From Tubulanus polymorphus (Eukaryota; Animalia; Nemertea), in contig NC_134031.1 in NCBI RefSeq assembly GCF_964204645.1, positions 2,852,001-2,916,000 on the forward strand: a stretch of 64,000 bases of DNA, read 5' to 3'. The notes beneath the pieces are model-generated. The model was given only the letters and a program-made list of their open reading frames with translations. It was not told the DNA's origin and ran no database searches. Positions 60,601-64,000 of the stretch are shown here, piece after piece. The number at the start of each line of letters is the position of its first letter. The stretch's first letter is position 1. The translations under genes and the position numbers were made by a program.

Positions 60601-63600
60601 ATCTCTTTTTACAAAGGCTTATCATGAGATGACTGCAATTAACTGATATCTATCTCAGTGTAGAGTTAACAAATAAAAACCTACAGTTAGCTCTGTAAAA
60701 CAGTATATTTTCTTGACAGTTTCGAAACTTTAACTAAGCCCCATCATCAGAAGAACAAACACATAATAATGACTTGCAGTAATTCAAAATTATAGAGTGT
60801 ACTAAGGAAGGGAACCGAGAGCTAAAAAACAATACAAAGATATATAGTAACCTTAGTAACCTCTATAATTTTGAATTACTGTAATTCATTATTGTGTTTT
60901 TGTTCTTCTGATGATGGGGCTTAGTTAAAGCTTCGAAACTGTCAAGAAAATATACTGTTTTACAGACCTAACTGGGTTTTAATTTGTTTTAATGAGATGT
61001 TGTCATCATGAGGCTTACCGTGAGATGTTGTCATCATGAGGCTTACCGTGAGTTGTTATCATGATGAGGCTTACCGTGAGATGTTGTCATCATGAGGCTT
61101 ACCGTGAGTTGGTATCGTTGGTTGTTGTATGTATCTTTAAGATCGTATTTTTCAGCGTCTACGATAAAAGCGGGCACCTGTGTCCGTTCGACGGTGGAAT
61201 GGTCGAGAAGAATAAGGAGCTGTTTTTCAGCGGACACGTGAAGCCGATCTATGATGAAAACACGAGCGTAGAAGGTCAGATATTGATTGTGAAATAGTAT
61301 TTCTTCTAATGATTGTTTCGTGCTGTTTAATTCTTTTATATTTATCATCCGTTTTCAGGTGGAATACCGACTAAAATGCTTGGTCCTATCAATGAATGGT
61401 GGACTACGGGTTTTGATGGCGGTGAAAATGCTCTCATCGGTTTCAGTACAGGTAGGCAGAGCTCTGAGAATTTATGAGAATTTTTCATCCCGGGTGGTTC
61501 TAATTTTCAGGTGTAGAGAGGCCAGGAGTTGAAGGACGCTCTTTTGGTTAAAATCAATTGAATTCTTCACTGAGTTTTTACAGAGCAGGGAGTGCTGACT
61601 TATTGAAGATTGGGGAAAAGTCTGGGAATTTTAATTTTTGGTGTCTTGTTGTTCTTGCTGGTGACGAATGGCACGAAAAACCTCTTTTGAGAAAAAGCCC
61701 TCTCTGAGGATATCTTGTAATTTGATTCAGGAAATTTAAATCAGAACTTGGGGAAATATCGGGGAATTTTGGATTCCCTGATCTGTAAGACCTGTCAAAT
61801 GAGGCCACCAAGAACTATATAAGACCTGTTATCCCTACCTCCTGCCTGTTAAACTTACCTTAAAATGTTTGCGTTCCGTTCAAAGGTTACGCCGACTATT
61901 TTCTGATGGCGCCGAGCGAAGCCTACTCGTCGATTATGGACGCCATCAAAGAAAAGATTCACATGTCGAAAGTCGTCATCGAATTCCTGACGAACAATCA
62001 GGACGCGAATTACGAAGATTTACTGAATCAACTACAGAACACGGTTCCCCCACAGGGCTGCCAGCGTTTCACCGAGGATTCGTTATTGCGACATTCGCAG
62101 TTTATCGTTGACCAGGTAAAGTGCAAGCGTACGGTATCACTTTACTTTCTCCTCTTAACTTGAATCCTTTCAAACTGAACCGTCGTTTCACCTCAACAAA
62201 ATTAAACGATTGAGTTGTCTCTACTACCAATTCTAGGATGTTCATCTGGTGCAATCAATAATTGTAGATCAATGATCAGAATTTGAGGTATTATCTCTCA
62301 CCTATTGCTGTAGGTTGAAAGTTATGATGAATCAGCAGAAATAGACGATACATTGTTAGTAACAACCCCTTGCATGCGCGCTTTGATCAAGTTAGCTGGC
62401 GTTACCCTCGGTAAAAGGTAGGCTAAATCCCGTCTAACCAATAAGGCTCCTTCCTCGGAACCAGAATTTTGTAGTTCTTTTTGAACACTTTCTTAGTACC
62501 ATTCTGGACAGCGAACAGTGCCTACATGCCAGTCTGGGTGGACAGACAAAATTTGTTAATAGGTTTTACTGTGTTCAAGTGTTCATTTTAAACCAGTTCA
62601 TTATATCAATGTTCACAATTCATGGTTTATTACTGGGTAATTTTATTGAATAGTCATGTACGTAACATACTAATTGACTGAATGGAAAATCAATGACTTG
62701 AATGACCACAAGGTGCTTTGATGCCAAAAGTCCGAACCATTTCACAGGGAATGTATTGCCAAGAACTGATGTCAAAAGGCTTTACTGTAATTGCAAATAC
62801 AATAAATTGAGAAATCTCAAATATGGTACTCTCCTCTTTTAGGCGGCAATTGCGCAAGAACAGTCGTCCGGTAAAGGCTAAACCGAAAATGAGTCAAAGC
62901 AAGGCGACCACTACTCCGCTGGTGACTAGTATTTTCGATAGTCTATTCAAAGATCAACTGGACGATAAAGCCGGCGTTAAAAAACGTCGCTGCGGAATCT
63001 GTGAGGTAAACAAAATCGAAAATTAGCTCGTGATTTATATTTAAGTCATTACTTGATTGCAGTTGTTTAATTATTTCATTCGTAGGTTTGCCAGCAGCCG
63101 GACTGCGGTAAGTGTACAGCTTGTGCGGATATGATTAAATTCGGCGGCACGGGGCGACAGAAACAGGCGTGTCTGCTCAGACGATGTCCAAATATGGCGT
63201 TCAGAGAAGCAGAAGACGACGAACCAGAAGAAATGGCCGAGGCAGACGCAACAATTGAGGAGGCAAGTTGTATATCAATCCTAATCAGATTAAAACCAAC
63301 TACAAATGCAACTACAAATGTACAAATTTAAAAGATTAAAAATGAAAATTATTGATCTTAAGTTTAAATAATCAAAAGAAGCTTTGTTTCGGACGCCATG
63401 CTCAGATGCTCTACGTCTGAGTGTGGCTATACTACTTATACAATTCCGACTATTCCTATAGATCAAAACCTCTGAAGTCGTATCCATTTGCTAAAATATT
63501 CAGCTTCGTATTTCAGGGATCTAAAGGAGCAAAAGAAGCTATCAAAACTCACAAACTCGCCAAGAAATCAAAGGTAAAAAAATTTTAAAGATATTTGACA

Positions 63601-64000
63601 AATTCAGCTGAAGCTGAAATTCATTCCTTTATATATGATATTCATATGGATGTCTGGAAGAGTTTTCTAAATCCACCTAGTAAATTATGTCTTCAATTTC
63701 TGTCACTGCAGAGTAAGGTATCGTGGATCGGCGAGTATTTAGTTGTAAAGGACAAAAAGAAATATTTCGAAGCCGCGAAAGTGAATGAGGACGAGGTACA
63801 TTGTTTTTCTCATTTTATACTACGTGAGAGACTCAGATTCCACTCTCAAATAAGTTCATTCGGTGAAATTAAGCTCTGCGGTGCTGTTGTGTAATTTTGT
63901 GTTTCGATACTTTTAGGTTCGTATTGGTGATTGTATCTCTGTTTCAACCGAGGACCCGTCGATACCGATGTACATAGCCAGATTGGTTTTCTTTTACGAA
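57608..64000 (+). CDS. DNMT1: DNA (cytosine-5)-methyltransferase 1, 5' portion (DMAP1-binding, PIP box, RFTS, CXXC, start of BAH1); continues past the window
   Basis: [22 protein letters not shown]; [11 protein letters not shown]; [14 protein letters not shown]; RPQHKITNF; [26 protein letters not shown]; [15 protein letters not shown]; KATTTPLV; [38 protein letters not shown]. Confidence 0.96.
60684..60974. repeat. Long inverted repeat (~114-bp arms, 60684-60797 / 60861-60974) in a DNMT1 intron; each arm has a minimal hammerhead motif; Penelope-like terminus
   Basis: The arms are near-exact reverse complements. Confidence 0.85.
60903..60948 (+). ncRNA. Putative minimal type I hammerhead ribozyme (mirror copy at 60710-60755, minus strand)
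   Basis: TTCTT-CTGATGA-T-GGGGCTT-agtta-AAGCTTC-GAAA-CT-GTC-AAGAA: stem I, CUGAUGA core, stem II, GAAA, GUC cleavage triplet, vestigial stem III. Confidence 0.6.
60993..61108. repeat. ~28-bp tandem repeat x4 (TGAGATGTTGTCATCATGAGGCTTACCG)
   Basis: Direct reading. Confidence 0.9.

Overview
AT-rich, intron-rich invertebrate (probably spiralian) nuclear DNA, not prokaryotic. In order, the window holds: the 3' end of a ZNFX1-like gene (+); a complete whirlin/PDZD7-family gene (-); a 9,735-bp Mutator-like (MULE) DNA transposon (21223-30957, 44-bp TIRs, perfect 9-bp TSD GCTGTCATT) at the presumed whirlin 5' end; LZIC (-) head-to-head with CDK11 (+); an uncharacterised Cys/His-rich gene (-); a tandem cluster of five intact and one broken class A GPCR genes (-); a 3-exon secreted 10-Cys protein gene (+); and the 5' part of DNMT1 (+). 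The most novel object is the MULE. Hand-splicing ten short GT-AG introns gives one reading frame: SGNH/GDSL hydrolase (all four catalytic blocks), C2H2 finger, acidic linker and the start of a Ulp1-like protease. An out-of-frame junction follows, then a MULE DDE core, SWIM, two C2H2 fingers and a PHD finger. Other highlights are duplicated, probably mutually exclusive exons for the ligand-binding half of whirlin PDZ3, an RFX X-box/TATA internal promoter candidate in whirlin, minimal Penelope-type hammerhead ribozyme motifs in an inverted repeat in a DNMT1 intron, and apparent gene-conversion tracts among the GPCRs. All calls come from manual reading; no searches were run.
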